Assembly: GCA_051294375.1 (NCBI GenBank) | Contig: JBJCIZ010000744.1 | Location: forward strand, 438,264-502,263 | DNA: 64,000 nt | Source of the DNA: Paraspadella gotoi | Lineage: Eukaryota; Animalia; Chaetognatha | Direction: 5' to 3' | Shown here: piece after piece, positions 1 through 14,100 of the stretch | Numbering within the stretch: the first letter of the stretch is position 1 | Layout of the letters: every line of letters starts with the position of its first letter | Notes under the pieces: generated by a model | The model's database searches: none | What the model saw: the letters and a program-made list of their open reading frames with translations, nothing else | What the model was told of the DNA's origin: nothing | Program-made: the position numbers and the translations under genes

Positions 1-1086
1 GCTCCTGAGCGGCCCGTCCCGACCGGGAATGGTTATCTCCCTTGATTCGCGAACGGGTGGACAAGGCTGTCCAGGCCGAGCTCAGGCCGACTGCGTATTT
101 TATGGAAACAGAANNNNNNNNNNNNNNNNNNNNNNNNNNNNNNNNNNNNNNNNNNNNNNNNNNNNNNNNNNNNNNNNNNNNNNNNNNNNNNNNNNNNNNN
201 NNNNNNNNNNNNNNNNNNNNNNNNNNNNNNNNNNNNNNNNNNNNNNNNNNNNNNNNNNNNNNNNNNNNNNNNNNNNNNNNNNNNATTCGGGAAAGGAAAA
301 GGAAAGGGCATCAAAGGAAACAAAAGGATATTTTGAGAAATTAATGTCTTTTCTGAAGATTGATTGAAAATATGTACAACTATTTTTATAAAATTACTAG
401 CCTTGGCGTAAAAAAATCTGCTTGCTTTTTTATTCAAGATCTAAGAAATGAACAAGTTTTGAACTCGTATGTGAAAACCTATAAACTATGTACAACTTCT
501 TGGGATTGTATTGCCACAAAACTATAGTGACCACGCTTTTTTAACCCGCTGTGTATTGTTTTAATTTTTGGTTGTTGAAAATATATAGCATAATAAACTT
601 AAGGATAATTTTTAATTCGTTTATATTCAGGAAGTTATGGTATAAGTAGTCAAAGTTATGAACGAAGTGTAGGAAATTAAAATAAAAACTGTCAAAGAAA
701 AAAAGTTATTTCTTCCGTTTTTTCACGTTAACTCGGCTATAGGGTTCAGGCGATTGGTGGGTCCGGAGAAGAGAGGGAGTTTAAAACCTGGAGGTCTCTC
801 TATACAAGCTTTCTCAGTGGGGTGNNNNNNNNNNNNNNNNNNNNNNNNNNNNNNNNNNNNNNNNNNNNNNNNNNNNNNNNNNNNNNNNNNNNNNNNNNNN
901 NNNNNNNNNNNNNNNNNNNNNNNNNNNNNNNNNNNNNNNNNNNNNNNNNNNNNNNNNNNNNNNNNNNNNNNNNNNNNNNNNNNNNNNNNNNNNNNNNNNN
1001 NNNNNNNNNNNNNNNNNNNNNNNNNNNNNNNNNNNNNNNNNNNNNNNNNNNNNNNNNNNNNNNNNNNNNNNNNNNNNNNNNNNNNA

Positions 1087-4000
1087 TTTCACAGGGGGTG
1101 GGAGAGAGAGATAGAGAGAGGAAAAACAAAGAGTTAAATTCTTCCGCCTCAAAACTTAATCAAACTTCCCACGACTGATATAGTATCACGATTCCTCCGC
1201 CACTAACCTCCGCCCCCCAGAGGTAATAAGTCAAATTCCCCCCTTCCCCCATCACCTCCCCCTCTTTACTCCTCCCTTATCTTTCTCTCTCCCCCCAATT
1301 TCATCCGCGACATCTCTCCGCCTCCCTTTAAAACAACGCCCCCTACCCCCCCCTCATATCGCGAAGGACGCGATTGTCAATCGTCATTTTTGTCGTCGTC
1401 GTCGTCGTCGTCGTCGTCGATCGACTGGCAGAAGTGCAAGAAGCGTCGGCATCCGATCAAAAGCGCTATTTTTTTTTCCCAGCGTCACTGACGTCATAAT
1501 GCAAATGAGCTTGGCGTCGACTCGGGACGTAATCATGGAGAAAACTCGGGTCCGCCGCCGGCTGCGCGCCATCCTCCCCCCCCCCCCTTTTTACCGCCGG
1601 CCGGAGCCTCGATTTCCCCCGGCAAACTCGTCCAATCTTTACCCACCCCTTCGCAGCCGCTGCCTCCCATTGACTCTTTCCTCACCCTACTCTCGACCAG
1701 ACCTTACTCATAACTTGGATTCCCCATTCTTTTGTCTCCATGTATCAATTATCGATGCTTTCCCAACTCCGCGCTGTTTATCGCAAATAAGTTTTATGGT
1801 AATTTGAATAATCATAATGTTTCGTAAAGGGCTTTCAATGATAATAAATTGATAGTAAATGACAAAGTACAGAGTCGCGAAACTAAGGTCAACAATAAAG
1901 AAAAATAAAAACACTAAACAAAGTCATTCATTTTCGAAATTGTCGACGAAATCATTTCTTCCTCCCCCAACAATCCTGACATTAATTCGAAAACCTCCTC
2001 TCTCCATTTTTCTCCCTCTCTTCCCCTCTCCCTCTCCCTCGTCTCTCTCCCCCTTCTTTTCCTCTCTTAGATCGCCATTCTCACGACGACGACAACAACA
2101 ACAGCCAACGAGCCGATTCATTTTCACAACATCACCACTCGAGTCATTAATGACCGACCGACCGACCACTCCACTCTCAAGACTCAGTCTTCTTCACTCC
2201 CTCTCTCTCTCACACCAAACAAATACAAGGGAGAGGAAAACCCTAAATTTTCCGTCACCAGTCTCTCTTTCGCTCTCTAGTCTTCTTATCTTTGATTAAT
2301 TTTTTTTTTGTCTACGCTCTCTCTGTTCTCTCTCTCTCTTCCTCTCCTCCTCTCTCTCCATGCCTTCTCTGTCGTCAACAAACGCTTGGGTACCACACAT
2401 CAAGTGTTGGCAAAAAAACAAAAAAAAATAAAAAAAAAAAAAAAAAGTGAACAAACACTTGACTCAAAAAAGGAGAAAAAAAAGTTTCGAGCGTTGCATT
2501 TACCTAACGACCCGTATTTTGACATCAAACAAAAGTTTCACTTTCGTTTCAAAATCCTATTCTCTCTCTCTCTCTTCTCTCTCCTCGTCTCTTCTTCTCT
2601 CCTCTCTCTCTCTCTCTCCTCTCCTATCTCTCTCTCTCCTCTTTCATTTTTCCTTTCACAACTTTTCATTTTCCATTCTTAATTTCTTTCGTTCTTGTCA
2701 TAAGAATTTCTTTCTTTTTTTTTGATTGCGATTGAATCGCAGATCGCCCGCTAGGTGGCCAAGAGTGAGAGGGAGGACGGAGAGAGAGAGAGTGACAGGA
2801 GAGGATGGAGAAGAGAGAGAGAGATGGAAACGAGCAAAGAAAATAAGCCACACAGCACAAAAACAGATGCTCATTCTTATCATGTAGCTTTCACTCCCAC
2901 TCTCTCACTCTCTGCGTCTCCGCGTCTTCTCCAGTCCTAACGTCTCCCCTCGTCCATCTCCGTCTCTCTCTCTCTCGCCCCATCTCTCCTCTCCTCGTCC
3001 ATCCTCGCGAGATTTCTCTTGCGATGATGATGAACACGGATGGCGGGCCTTGTCTCGGAATTGTTTGCATCTGTGGCACAATTATGCGGAGTCCCACTCT
3101 CTCCTCTTTCTCACTCCTCCCTTACTACCTTCTCTTACTCCCTCTCTCCTTTCTCGTCCTCTCTCTCTCTCTTCCTCTCTTCTCTCCCGATGGTGGAAAT
3201 TTCTTCACTCCCCTACGTTTTGAATCGAATCGCGAAACTCTGGCTTCTTTGTCGCCATCAAGAGGAGGAGGAGGAGGAGGAGGAGGAGGAGGAGGAAAAG
3301 AAGAGACTTGCAATTTCATCAATGCTCTTTTTTGTGTGTGTGGGCGCTTCTGTGTGTGTTGTGTCTTTATTTCTTTTTTTACTTTTTTCCGAATGAAAAT
3401 TGCAAGATTACTTGTTTTACTACAGTAGAATAAGTTTTTTTTTAAATGATATTATTAATTTAAGACATTTGAATGTTTATACAACGATACAACAACACAA
3501 TTTCTAACAAGATTTGAATCTTCCTGGCTTTTTTCTTTTTTTTTCTAATGTAACGTCGTCATAGATGCGCCAATATCAAACTAGAACTCAAGAAATGTTT
3601 TGACAAATAGTTCGTTAGTTTTCTCTTGTTTATATTACAAGACAACTTTCGTTAAGCGACGACGACGACGACGACGACGACAAAGAACGACGACTCGTCG
3701 GATCTCAATTTGTGAATTTCCTATCATTTCTTATCTGGGATTCGGGGATCGAATCGATTCGCTTAATTTTACTTTCCAATTCCTTTTTGATTGCGTCGGA
3801 AGCGAGGAAGCAACGAGGCGGGCGTGGCGCGTTGGGGGGGGGCGGAGGGGGCGTGGCACGTGGGGGTTAAAAGTCGCCTAAACATGTGGGGGTTGGATGG
3901 GGTTGATGGGGCGAGAAGAATTGGGGGGCAAGAGTGAAAGGGGAAAGAGACGTGAGGGGGGAAAGAAAGAAAGAAAGAAAGACAAAAAAAAATTAAATAC

Positions 4001-4660
4001 AAACAAAAAGAGTTTAAGATCAAATACAATTTTTTTCCTTGTAAAAATGAGAAAAAAAAAGAATAAAAAGAAAAGTTAAAAGAAATATTCATTTTTGGCA
4101 AACGAGTCATAGAAATACTTTCTTGACAAAAGCCAGCCACCTCATTTTATACCACGGCAGTATCACGCCTTTATCACACTCGTATCGCTTTAGTATCACG
4201 TCTACGTTGCTTCTTTATCACTCCTTTATCATTCCCAGGGCCAAAATTAACCGCGCGGAGAAACGACCCTCATCAACCTTTTTTCTCCTGCGAACTTCGC
4301 CCATTATCTCGCTCTCTGTCTTTCTTTCTCTCTTTCTCTCTTTCTTTCTTTATAAAATTGGTACAACCAACATAAAATTCATACGTTTCTTTCTGACTTA
4401 CGTTCTTTCTTTCTCCCTCTCTTTCTTTGTTCCATTGTGTTCTATCTTTCTGTTCTCTATTCTAATTTCCCCCCCGCTCTCTCTCTCTCTCTCCCCCTCT
4501 CTCTCCCTCTCTCTCTCTCTCTCTCGTAATCATTTTCTAATTCATCTTTGTCTGATTTTTTTTCCTAAACCCAAATTCCAATGTTTAGCGGCCGTGGAGA
4601 AAATTTTAATTCCAGTCTTGTTTTTTAAAAGGCTCCCCAGGCGAAAAATAGAGAGCGATC

Positions 4661-4691
<31 letters not shown>

Positions 4692-5450
4692 AAGAGGACG
4701 AAGAACGAGGATAACGAACGACAACGACTAAGATGACGACGACATCAAATGAGGACGACGAACGACGACGAACGATGACGACGACGACAACGACGAACGA
4801 CGACCTGCTAGCTGGTAGAGAGAATTGGAGAGATGGAATGAAAAGATTTGGAGAAAGGCGCCGCGGCAGAATACTAAGTAATATCGGTAAACAGAGGGCG
4901 CAGAGTGAGAGGGAGTGGAATTGGATAGAGAGAGAGAGAGTGAAGGAGAAAATATGATACAGAGGGAAGGCAAAAGGAACGACAAAAGAAGGTTAAAGAA
5001 CAGAGTAAAATGGGAAGTAGAAAAAAGTAAGGCATGGCATGGCATGGTAGGAATTAAAAAGTGATGGAGAAAAGAAAAATCGGTAATTGGTACATTTATT
5101 ACAATTAGCCAATAGCCATTCATTCAAAGAATAAGCTGACTTTGGACAGGCTATGGTGGGTTAAGATAATAACCCCGCTTTCAATCAAGACTAACTCCCA
5201 GTCCATTTTATTAATTATATTAACTTTATTAATTATAATAAGAAAGATAGTAAATAAAGAGATGCGACAGGTTCCTCTCTTCGCTTTGACCTCGCGACCC
5301 AAAATCTATTTCGCTCAATGTTGCTGTCGTTGTTGTTGTTGTAGTTGTTGTTGTTTTGAGGTCGCGAGGTCGCGCGATTTGTCAAGGTGGATCGGGTTCC
5401 AAAAGTCACGTCCATTTTTGTCAAGGGTCACTTGATCTCTATTTGGGGTC
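1087..5450. repeat. Low-complexity CpG-rich region with (CT/GA)n, (GAC/GTC)n, (GGA)n and (TTG)n microsatellites; no credible CDS
   Basis: Examples: (GTC)n ~1392-1418, (GGA)n ~3263-3296, (GAC)n ~3657-3682 and ~4661-4805. ORFs here translate only to repeat-derived peptides. Confidence 0.8.
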
Positions 5451-5463
5451 AATTGCTAGTTTA

Positions 5464-5628
5464 GAGCCGCTATGGAGGCCGCTATGGAGGCCGCTCTGGA
5501 GGCCGCTCTGGAGGCCGCTCTGGAGGCCGCTCTGGAGGCCGCTCTGGAGGCCGCTCTGGAGGCCGCTCTGGAGGCCGCTCTGGAGGCCGCTCTGGAGGCC
5601 GCTCTGGTGGCCGCTCTGGAGGCCGCTC
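5464..5628. repeat. 12-bp GC-rich minisatellite (GGAGGCCGCTCT)n, about 13-14 copies
   Basis: Directly visible tandem units; variants GCTATG in the first units and one GGTGG unit. Confidence 0.95.
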
Positions 5629-6018
5629 GGGGAAAACCTTGCGTATATGTATCATGTTCCCTAAACGCCATTTAATTCTGTCTTTTTTAAACAATAAATG
5701 AGCGCCAAAGTACATAGAAAAAATATTGGCCATTTTGGCATTGTAGCAGAGTAATTTGTGAATCATTTTAAATGAGATTGTGTTCATCAATCTCATTTGC
5801 ATACTGTAATATTATACATAAGTATTAAGAAAATCTTATTATATTGTCTTGAAGATTTATATTGTTATTTTACATCGGCAAATTATTATGTTTGTTTGTG
5901 GTTCAATAAATAGTAAAATATCTAATAAGTTATTAAACATTATAATACAGAAAGTATCCTTGGCCTTATCGCGATATATGGCCTACCCTCTTACTGCCTT
6001 CTCCATACACTTATGAAA

Positions 6019-6170
6019 CTCCTTTTCTATTTCATATCTTTAATCATCCCATTTCAATTCCTATCTCATTTTCTATTTCATATCTTTAATCATCCCATTT
6101 CAATTCCTATCTCATTTTCTATTTCATATCTTTAATCATCCCATTTCAATTCCTATCTCCTTTTCTATTT
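6019..6170. repeat. 46-bp tandem repeat, about 3.3 copies
   Basis: TTTTCTATTTCATATCTTTAATCATCCCATTTCAATTCCTATCTCA starts at 6023, 6069 and 6115. Confidence 0.95.
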
Positions 6171-6470
6171 TCTTTCCTAGTTTCCTCTCCCTTTTTGAAT
6201 TCCTATTTATTCATCCTTTCAAAGTCTCAATCATCAAATTTTTTTTTCACTTTTTTTATTTTCATATTTTTTATTTACTTTTTTCCTCTCATATCTTTCT
6301 TCCTGTATAAAGCATCAAGAAAACTTGGGCGCCCTTCTGCATCACAGCATCTTTCCTTTTTCGTTCAGTCAATGCCCCATTTCATCATTTTCTCCCGTTA
6401 CCTTATTTACCGATAAGGTAAATAAATAAATAAATAAATAAATAANNNNNNNNNNNNNNNNNNNNNNNNN

Positions 6471-8993
6471 TCTCTTCCTCACCCGGCTTCTACTTCTTCC
6501 TTTGCTTTTCCGCTTCCAGATCTTTGAGTGGCCGTGCAGAGCTTGATTCAGTCCGTTCTTGTCACCGAGTCAGTCGCAACGGGATCTCCGGCGAGCAGCG
6601 GCTCGCTCTTGTCGGTCGTCCTCTCTTAATCGGCCGCGTCGTAAGAGGCGATTGATCGACGATGAACTGGGCGTTGTCCTCAAGATGAGCATCCTCGGTG
6701 AAGGTTTGAGGCCCTCCTGGCGGCGCAATGGTCCTGGATGAAATCGGAGAGATCTTCGTAGGTGCCGCGTAGTTTTCGGCACTAAGAACTCGATGGTGTA
6801 TTTTTGAAAGTAAAGATCTTTCTCGGAGAGAGTGAAAATAAGCGGGGAGTACTCTTCGTGAGGTTGCTGAAGGTAGTAATCTCGCGTACATGGTGGTTAA
6901 TCCACGGGTTACCTGGGGAAGGGGGTTTGAAATGAATAAATCTATTCGCTTAAAGCATTGAATTTTCAAAAAACCCTATGAAGAAATGTCCTTTTTGAAA
7001 TTGGTACAAAAACACTATGTAATTAACAACTTACAGGAAAATTTTGGTTAAAAGTCTGTCCAGTGTCCCGAAGACTGGGACGAGATAGCCCAAGTTATTT
7101 AATTAACAAATTAATATTTTCTAGGATGTTTTTACCTGTACAATTTTAAATTATTAAGCCCCTAAATCCAATAAGCTTATGAGTCGCTAAAAGGCCCACA
7201 AATGATATGAATTAAAAGTTAAAAAGTTAAAACGCCAATCAAACATTTCCTCAACGGTTTTATGTTCATTAAGGCGGTAGTGAAAGTTACATACGAAAAT
7301 TCTAAAATGTCAATTATGATAACATACCATCAGTGGGGAATATTAATTTATAAAAAAAATTAATTTATATTTTTTAATTTTCGTATGTAGCTATATTATA
7401 TATAGTAATTATCCTTTAAAAATCGAAAAATTTTCAAAATAGGCTTTTCTAATTTTGATTGCAGATTTGAAGTCCTCGTCAAATAAGTTGATCAAAAGAA
7501 AATATAAATCATTTTTAAAAAATTCTTTCATTAATGGTTAACAATTAAAAAAACTATATTTAATATATAAAAAATTAATTTTCAGCTTAAAATATAGCTT
7601 TTTTAATTTTTTGACCCACTTAATGAAGGAATTTTTTTAAAGACTTATATTTCTTTTTAACCAACTTTTATGACGAATCAATTTCTGGCAAAAAAATGCT
7701 TAGAAAACTGTTTTGAAAATATTAACATTTATTGTTAAGTAACTAGTATATGGCCTACTGCGTATAGATTGGTACAATTTATTAGAATATTTTTATACAT
7801 AAATGTTCATTAGGTATATTTTGTTCCGTTCCTCACTTTTAGAATTTTAAAAATTTAAAGTTAAATGTAGAAATTTTACTAGCCTTAATGTTCATTCCAA
7901 CCCCTCTTTTTTAAAAACTTGGGAATTCGCTATCAGAATCCCGTGATCCACCGATTCGTTAACGGGACCGGACTCGGACCAAGCGGGGACGCCGCCTGTC
8001 GGCGGAACCGCGGGGTTCTCAGCTGAAGGCGGGTTTGACGATCCCGTTGACGAAGTCTCCACGTTTCCTCTCGAGCGAGTCCGGCCGAGAAGTCGAACCA
8101 AGTGTTGTTCCTTGTCGCAAGACGGCTGTAGGCAAGTCATGAGGAAGGTCATCCCCGCTCGTCGCATTCCAAAGCCTCCAACTGTAAAGATGGAGATGGG
8201 GAAAGGTTTTGGTTGATTGGGAAGATTGTGGTTCAGATCTGTAAAGTCCGCTTTGAATATGTTTAAAATATGTAATTGCACTTTAATAACAAGAATAATA
8301 TTATTCATTTTCAAAAAAGCTTGTAACATTCAAGTTTTAACCTTATCTCGCTTTGCAAAGTTGCAAAATTCGAAAAAAAAAGTCAAAATAGTTTTTATTA
8401 AAAAACATCAATCATTATATTAACTAACTCTAAACGCACCATAAACCCATCTTCCTTCCATCCCCCCTCGGAACCTCCAATCGCTCGTCGGTTCAAAGCG
8501 ACGACGCTCATCCACTCCTTCCGCGGTTCGTTCTCGCATCATCCTCAGCTGCGGGTTTTTCCCCGTCGACGATTTGTCGACACTCGGTGCATCTTTTCGG
8601 GTGGGAACCTTGGTCGATCTTCTTCGCGGCGGCTGCGGCTCCGCTGGCTGTCCGAGCCGGAGTTGCAGCGTGTGGCGGAGCACGTCGGGAGCCTTGACGG
8701 CCGGCTTGGCGGTGTTCCGAAGTGTCGCGCCGCCTCCGTCTGAGCCGCTTGTCAGGTCGGGATTCGCGGAAGGAGAGTGCATTTTCGTTCGAGGTTTCTG
8801 CGCTTTTCTATATGAGGCTGAAGAGACGGTGGAGAAACAAGTACTTGAATCGAAGGCTGCGACCGTTTTGGGAGGTCGTCTTCGTTTTTCTATTCGACGT
8901 CGACGCGGTTCCCCGGGTTCGCTTCCGGGTTCGCGTTCGGGTAGTCTTGACCTTTGCTCCGGTCGAAGTTCGGCATGGAACACGTCTGCACAT
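6471..8993 (-). pseudogene. DNMT1: Inverted partial DNMT1 copy (exon 1 8475-8993, exon 2 ~7918-8181, start of exon 3 6471-6912), heavily frameshifted and ending at a 25-N gap; probably low-quality read sequence
   Basis: Reverse complement of 25826-28215 with the same exon layout. Dense 1-2 nt indels increase toward the gap at 6446-6470. Confidence 0.8.
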
Positions 8994-10989
8994 GCTGGAA
9001 AGTTAAAATTAGAAAGCAATCATGATGATGAAGCGGATTTCCGGAAATTACAGTAAAATAGCCAAAAATAGAAAATTCATGAAATATTTTTCATATTTAG
9101 CATGAGGCAATTCAAATGAGAAATACGGCGCAAATATCTGCTCATCAAATGCGAATAAGATTTGGGATAGGAATGCCCGGAAATACAAATCATCGAAGCT
9201 ACATTTACAAATGAAAAAAAGAAATACTATTTATAAGGCATTTATGCACGAATTGCGAAATCAACAGAAAAGCCGGAAAAAAATGAGGCCAAACTGCGGA
9301 AATCATGAGACGAAGGCTAACGAGGGATTCGTTAATTAAATAAAATATTTAAAAGAAATGACATTTAAACTGAAATTTTTTTTTCTGTTTTCGTTAAAAC
9401 TGAATAGAAGATTAAGGTGTTTCGTCCGTCTGTTTCTTTCCGTCCCGCCAAAAATCTCCTCTCGGATCAACAAAAGATCATCGCTTCAGCCTACTCGAAC
9501 CTTTTCTTAAAACTGTATGATTAAATTGGATTAATGAGATTTAAAATTAAATAAGAAAAAAAAAATAATCATAATGAAATGTGTTTTAATGCTATATTTG
9601 ACAATTAATGAACCCTTCTAAGTCTTTCAAAAGTGTTTATTCTGCTCGCGTTAAATCTAAGAGATATGCGTGAAGCACAAGTACAGGTTTTTTTTGCTGC
9701 GTCATGCTTACTCTGTCTACTTGTTAATTCCTTGCAAACCCGTTTACTATTTTTTCAATAAATATTTGTTTTAATCACGTGGCCTCGCCGCCTGTTTAAA
9801 CTCACGCCTTCCTGATAAGACATGAAAAATTATTATTAATAATAATACGTAATTTGTTTTAAGATGAGTAAGGATAAGTAAATTTGTTTGAAGGAAGAAA
9901 TTGAGCAAAGCGATTGTGGCATCTGAGTCAAAGCCTGAACGGAAAACAAAGGTCAGCCGCGATTTAAAAGATGGTGGAAAACCTCCATGGTTTTTTCATT
10001 AAATTTTATCATAAATGAAATGAAAGATAAACATACAAAATTTCTTAGTTTATAAAATTCATTACGAATACAGGGGACTTCAATCTGACTTGTAATATAA
10101 TCGAACAAAGAGAAATCAGTTTATAAAATTTTTTTCATACTAATAGAAAATACTTTTACCCCCAAATTCGTGACATTCTTGCGAGGATAGTTTGATGTAT
10201 TATGAACTTTTTGCCTCAGAGGGTAAAATTTCTGAAGAAAGAATTTTTTTACTTTGAAAGTGGATCTTATTTTCAATTCCTTCGTTCCGCATTAAGAACA
10301 ATTGAATTTTTTTTCATGCTTCATTTTATAATTAATAAGATACTCTAGTAAATGTATCAACGATACGCACGAATTAATTTTTTTTTATAAATATGATAAG
10401 TACTTTAATAATAATCATCTACGTTTTCCTTTTAAAATCTATTTAAAAAATAAATTTCAGTTTGGGAAAAAAAAATTAACAAAAAGAGCGACTTTGGTTG
10501 ATAAATAATAGTTACCATAGTAAATAAAAGTTATGGTTTTACATTAAAATTTTTTTTATAATAACAAATCGCAAAGCTGATTTTTATCAGCAAAATTTTT
10601 TATTTATTATAACAGAAAATTCACAATCAAGCATTAAGAAATTGTAAAATTTGCTAAAAACGTCAAAATTTGGGACGAAAAATGAAGAAAAGTGACTCCC
10701 GCGCTTGGAGAGCTAAATGTGAATATACTTTTAAGAATTTTTTTTAGGTTAACTAAACGTACAAGTAGTTTTCTAAGCTAATAAATGTTATAAAAATAAT
10801 ATAGCAGCGAAAGTTACGAGTTTAATCAAGTTGTTCTGTATCGTTCATGCTTGAAGTCCCTGTACTATTTGTTCTTTTTGGTTTATAAAACATTTTTAGG
10901 GACGTAAGCTGTTCCTACGTTAAAACTGACGATTTCAGCTATTATTATTGTATTTTTTTTATCCTTTTTCTGTTTCGGTTGTGATTTGG

Positions 10990-11172
10990 TTTAGAACAAA
11001 AGGTTTGAAGAGAGATTTAACAACGATTTTATTTGTTATAGTGAAACGACAAATGTTTCGACTGCACATACGAGTCTTCTTCAGGCTGAAGAAGACTCGT
11101 ATGTGAGTCGAAAATGTCGTTTCACTATGAAATTAAATCGTTGTTAAGTCTCTTTCAAACTTTGTTTCTAAA
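10990..11172. ncRNA. Mirror copy of the palindromic double hammerhead element (noisier version of 23660-23841)
   Basis: CTGAAGAAGACTCGTATGTGAGTCGAAAATGTC at ~11086-11118 with its reverse complement immediately upstream. Confidence 0.65.
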
Positions 11173-14100
11173 GCTATTTATTATAGAAACTTCTCTGCCA
11201 TCGTAGATCCTCCATTTTTTTTTTTCACAGATTTTACATTATCTAAAATACATTCTCCATTTCTCTTATTGCCTCATCGACTGAGAGTTCATCGATCCCT
11301 CCTCAGTCTTTCCCAACCTCGACTTTCTGCTCACGCTCGCAATTTTCACTCGCCGCCTTCTCACCTTAAACCTTCCTCAACGGCATTTCCCCCCCCCAAT
11401 CCCGCACCCCCTATCCTCCATCGACGCTCCTCCGCCGATTTCGTTCGCTCGCGTCACCGAAGAATCGCAATAATCATAATCGCGGCAATTTGCAGGAACA
11501 AATGGCCCCACATCCATCCTGAGCAAATATCAATTCGTCGTCTTCGCCGTCGTTTCAAATCTCGCCCCCGCCCCGCTTGCCTTTCGTCCTCTCTTTCCTT
11601 CCTCGTATTCTCACCTCCCTCTCTTTCTTCCTCTCTTTCTCTTTATTCTCTCATCGATGGTTTCCATGAAAATTGGCAAAGTTACTTGTTTTCAGCTAGT
11701 TTTTAAGTTTTAGCCTTTTTGAAATATTTAATGTTATTTAGCATATATTAATTTTATTAATTATACAATTATGTATATATTTTTTATTGTTAGTTTTTTT
11801 TTTCAATTGTCATGGTGTGGCCCCGCTCTTCAAAATTATTTTATAATGACTATATTTGTAAAGGGATGTATGTAGTGTGTTTCTTCTGAAAATACTTAAC
11901 CCACTTTTCTTCTCTCCTATCTCCCTATTTTCTCTCCTATTTCCTCGACTCTATCTTTCTTTCTTTCCTCCTTTCCTTTCCTCCTCCCTTTCCTCTCCTT
12001 CTTCTTCGCTCCGCTCCCATAAAAGATGGAAATGGCGGCGGAACCGCAAAACGACTGCCTCGCGAATCGAGGCTCGAAATAATAATTCTCAGCGAAAAAT
12101 TTTCTTTTTTCCTCTCTCTCTCTCGGACTCAATTGGGCAACCATTTTCCGAGAGTGGCCCATTTCTTTAAATTAATTTTGAATCAAAATATTAAAATTTA
12201 TTAAAATATTTAATTAAGCTATTAATTCAAACCTAAAATCTTGATCCTCATAACCTTAAACCCTAAAACAAAATGTTTAACCAAATCCCCCAATTTAATG
12301 ATTAACGGCCTAACGCTTACCCTTATTTTTAACCTCTATTTTAATCTTTAAACATTAATGACTTATTTAATTCTGATTTAAAGCTGGAATGTGGCACTTG
12401 GTTAGAAAGCTATAATCCGCTCATTTCTCTCGTCCAACTCTCCCAAAATTTAATTTCATGTTTTTTTTTTTCAAGTCGAGTCTAGACTTTTGGTTGTTCG
12501 ATGAACATTAAATTTTATATTTTACCTTCTTTTACTTTTTTTAACGGCTTTACAATATGCGTGAAGGAACTCGTAAAGGAATATTTTAGGCCGTTGTTTT
12601 TTAGGTGGGGGGAAGAAAAAGTGAATTTGGTTTAAAACTGGTTTTAGGTGCGCGACAGCGAAAGGGTCTTCCGGAAAAATATCAATATCCATGAATGGAG
12701 GGGTTGATTTAATGTAGGATTTTCTTTGCGGTTACAACTGGTTGTTTAATTAATAATGAATCGAAACTTAATCATGACGATGTTATCTTACATTCGTCTA
12801 TAGAGATTTCAAAAAACCGTCCGCTTAGAATTGTTGGAAAATGTTTTTAAATAATTGCAAAGTTACATATCGTTGTAATAATTATAATATTAACTTGTAT
12901 TTTCCGCCGCAAGAGAAAATGCATATTCTCTTCAATAATTTTTTTTTCCTTGATCAATTATCCCTGTAACTTACAGGAAATGGCAAAAATCTAATTTTTA
13001 AATCGCCCACACACACACACACAATTTGAAATATAAGAAACTTGAAATACAAAGTCGAAACATGTCGTTACTGCAAATAAATCGATGTTGAATTCAAAAT
13101 CTGTTTTACTAATCACCCTACACATCTCGCAACCGAAAAGGAAAAGGATTATACAACTAGAAACTAAACACAAATTTTTTTATCCTAGAACTAAACTTTA
13201 AGGTCTGAAGATTAGATTTAATAAATAATATTATACATTTCGTGTTTGTCAATGAGTCACGCATTTTTCCGACCGCACAAGTGCAGGAAATAATTTATTC
13301 TTGGTTTTCGAAATTTGTTTGCAAGTCATGCTTGTTCTTTCGATCTATTTTGCGAAGAACGACCGATTTAAAATAAGCCGGGCTTTTTAATTAAAAAAAA
13401 AAAAAAAACGATTATATTGCTAATGAGTTCAGCTTTATGCGTTTCCTTCAGCTTTTATATGAAATGTGTACAACAGCAAAATAATTATCATACATTTGGA
13501 AATCTCAGGTGGATAAGACCCTCGGTCCCTCTTACAAATTAATAATAAAGCAGGACCCTTGCAAGCTTTCAATGCAAGACTGAAACCTCGCTTTCCTATC
13601 AATGAATAAAGTGGTATGGCATGTTGTGAGCCATTTATCTAACATTGTCAGGTTAGTAAGTATCGCTGTGAGAACGAGGCGGCGTTGCGGTGAACGTTGC
13701 GCGGCTAAGGGGGCGTGGCTAAACGAGGCGTCAGACTACGAAACGGTGATCGAGAACGAGGCTGGCGACGGGAGAAATGGGATTTCATTCTCCCTCTTGA
13801 TGTCATGCTACTTTAAGTAATGAGGATTTTTTTTTTTGTCTTCTTTTAAACTCTGCTTTTTTTTATTTGCTTTGCTTTTTTATTGATTGACCCTGTATTA
13901 TCACGAAGGTCGCTTTCGAGCGCTTATAAATTCTGAACAATCATCCGAGCAATTCTAATCAGTTCCTACTTATCGATTCCCGAATCCCCAAGTTTTGACT
14001 CTCGCCGCAATCGAAATCTCTCTCCAAACTTCTCACTTTTCATTTTGACCGCGCTTCATCCTCTTCCTGCCTACGGCTTCCTCCTCTTCCTCCTCCTCCT

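Noticed and set aside
5288-5371. Inverted repeat GACCTCGCGACC/GGTCGCGAGGTC as a pre-miRNA
   Set aside because: The stem is under ~18 bp around a ~50-nt TTG microsatellite loop, which does not fit pre-miRNA geometry.
5356-5802. Repeat ORFs (WRPL)n, (EAAL)n, (RAAS)n, (ERPP)n as real proteins, or the array as CRISPR
   Set aside because: All derive from one 12-bp tandem repeat. There are no spacers and no cas genes, and the context is eukaryotic.
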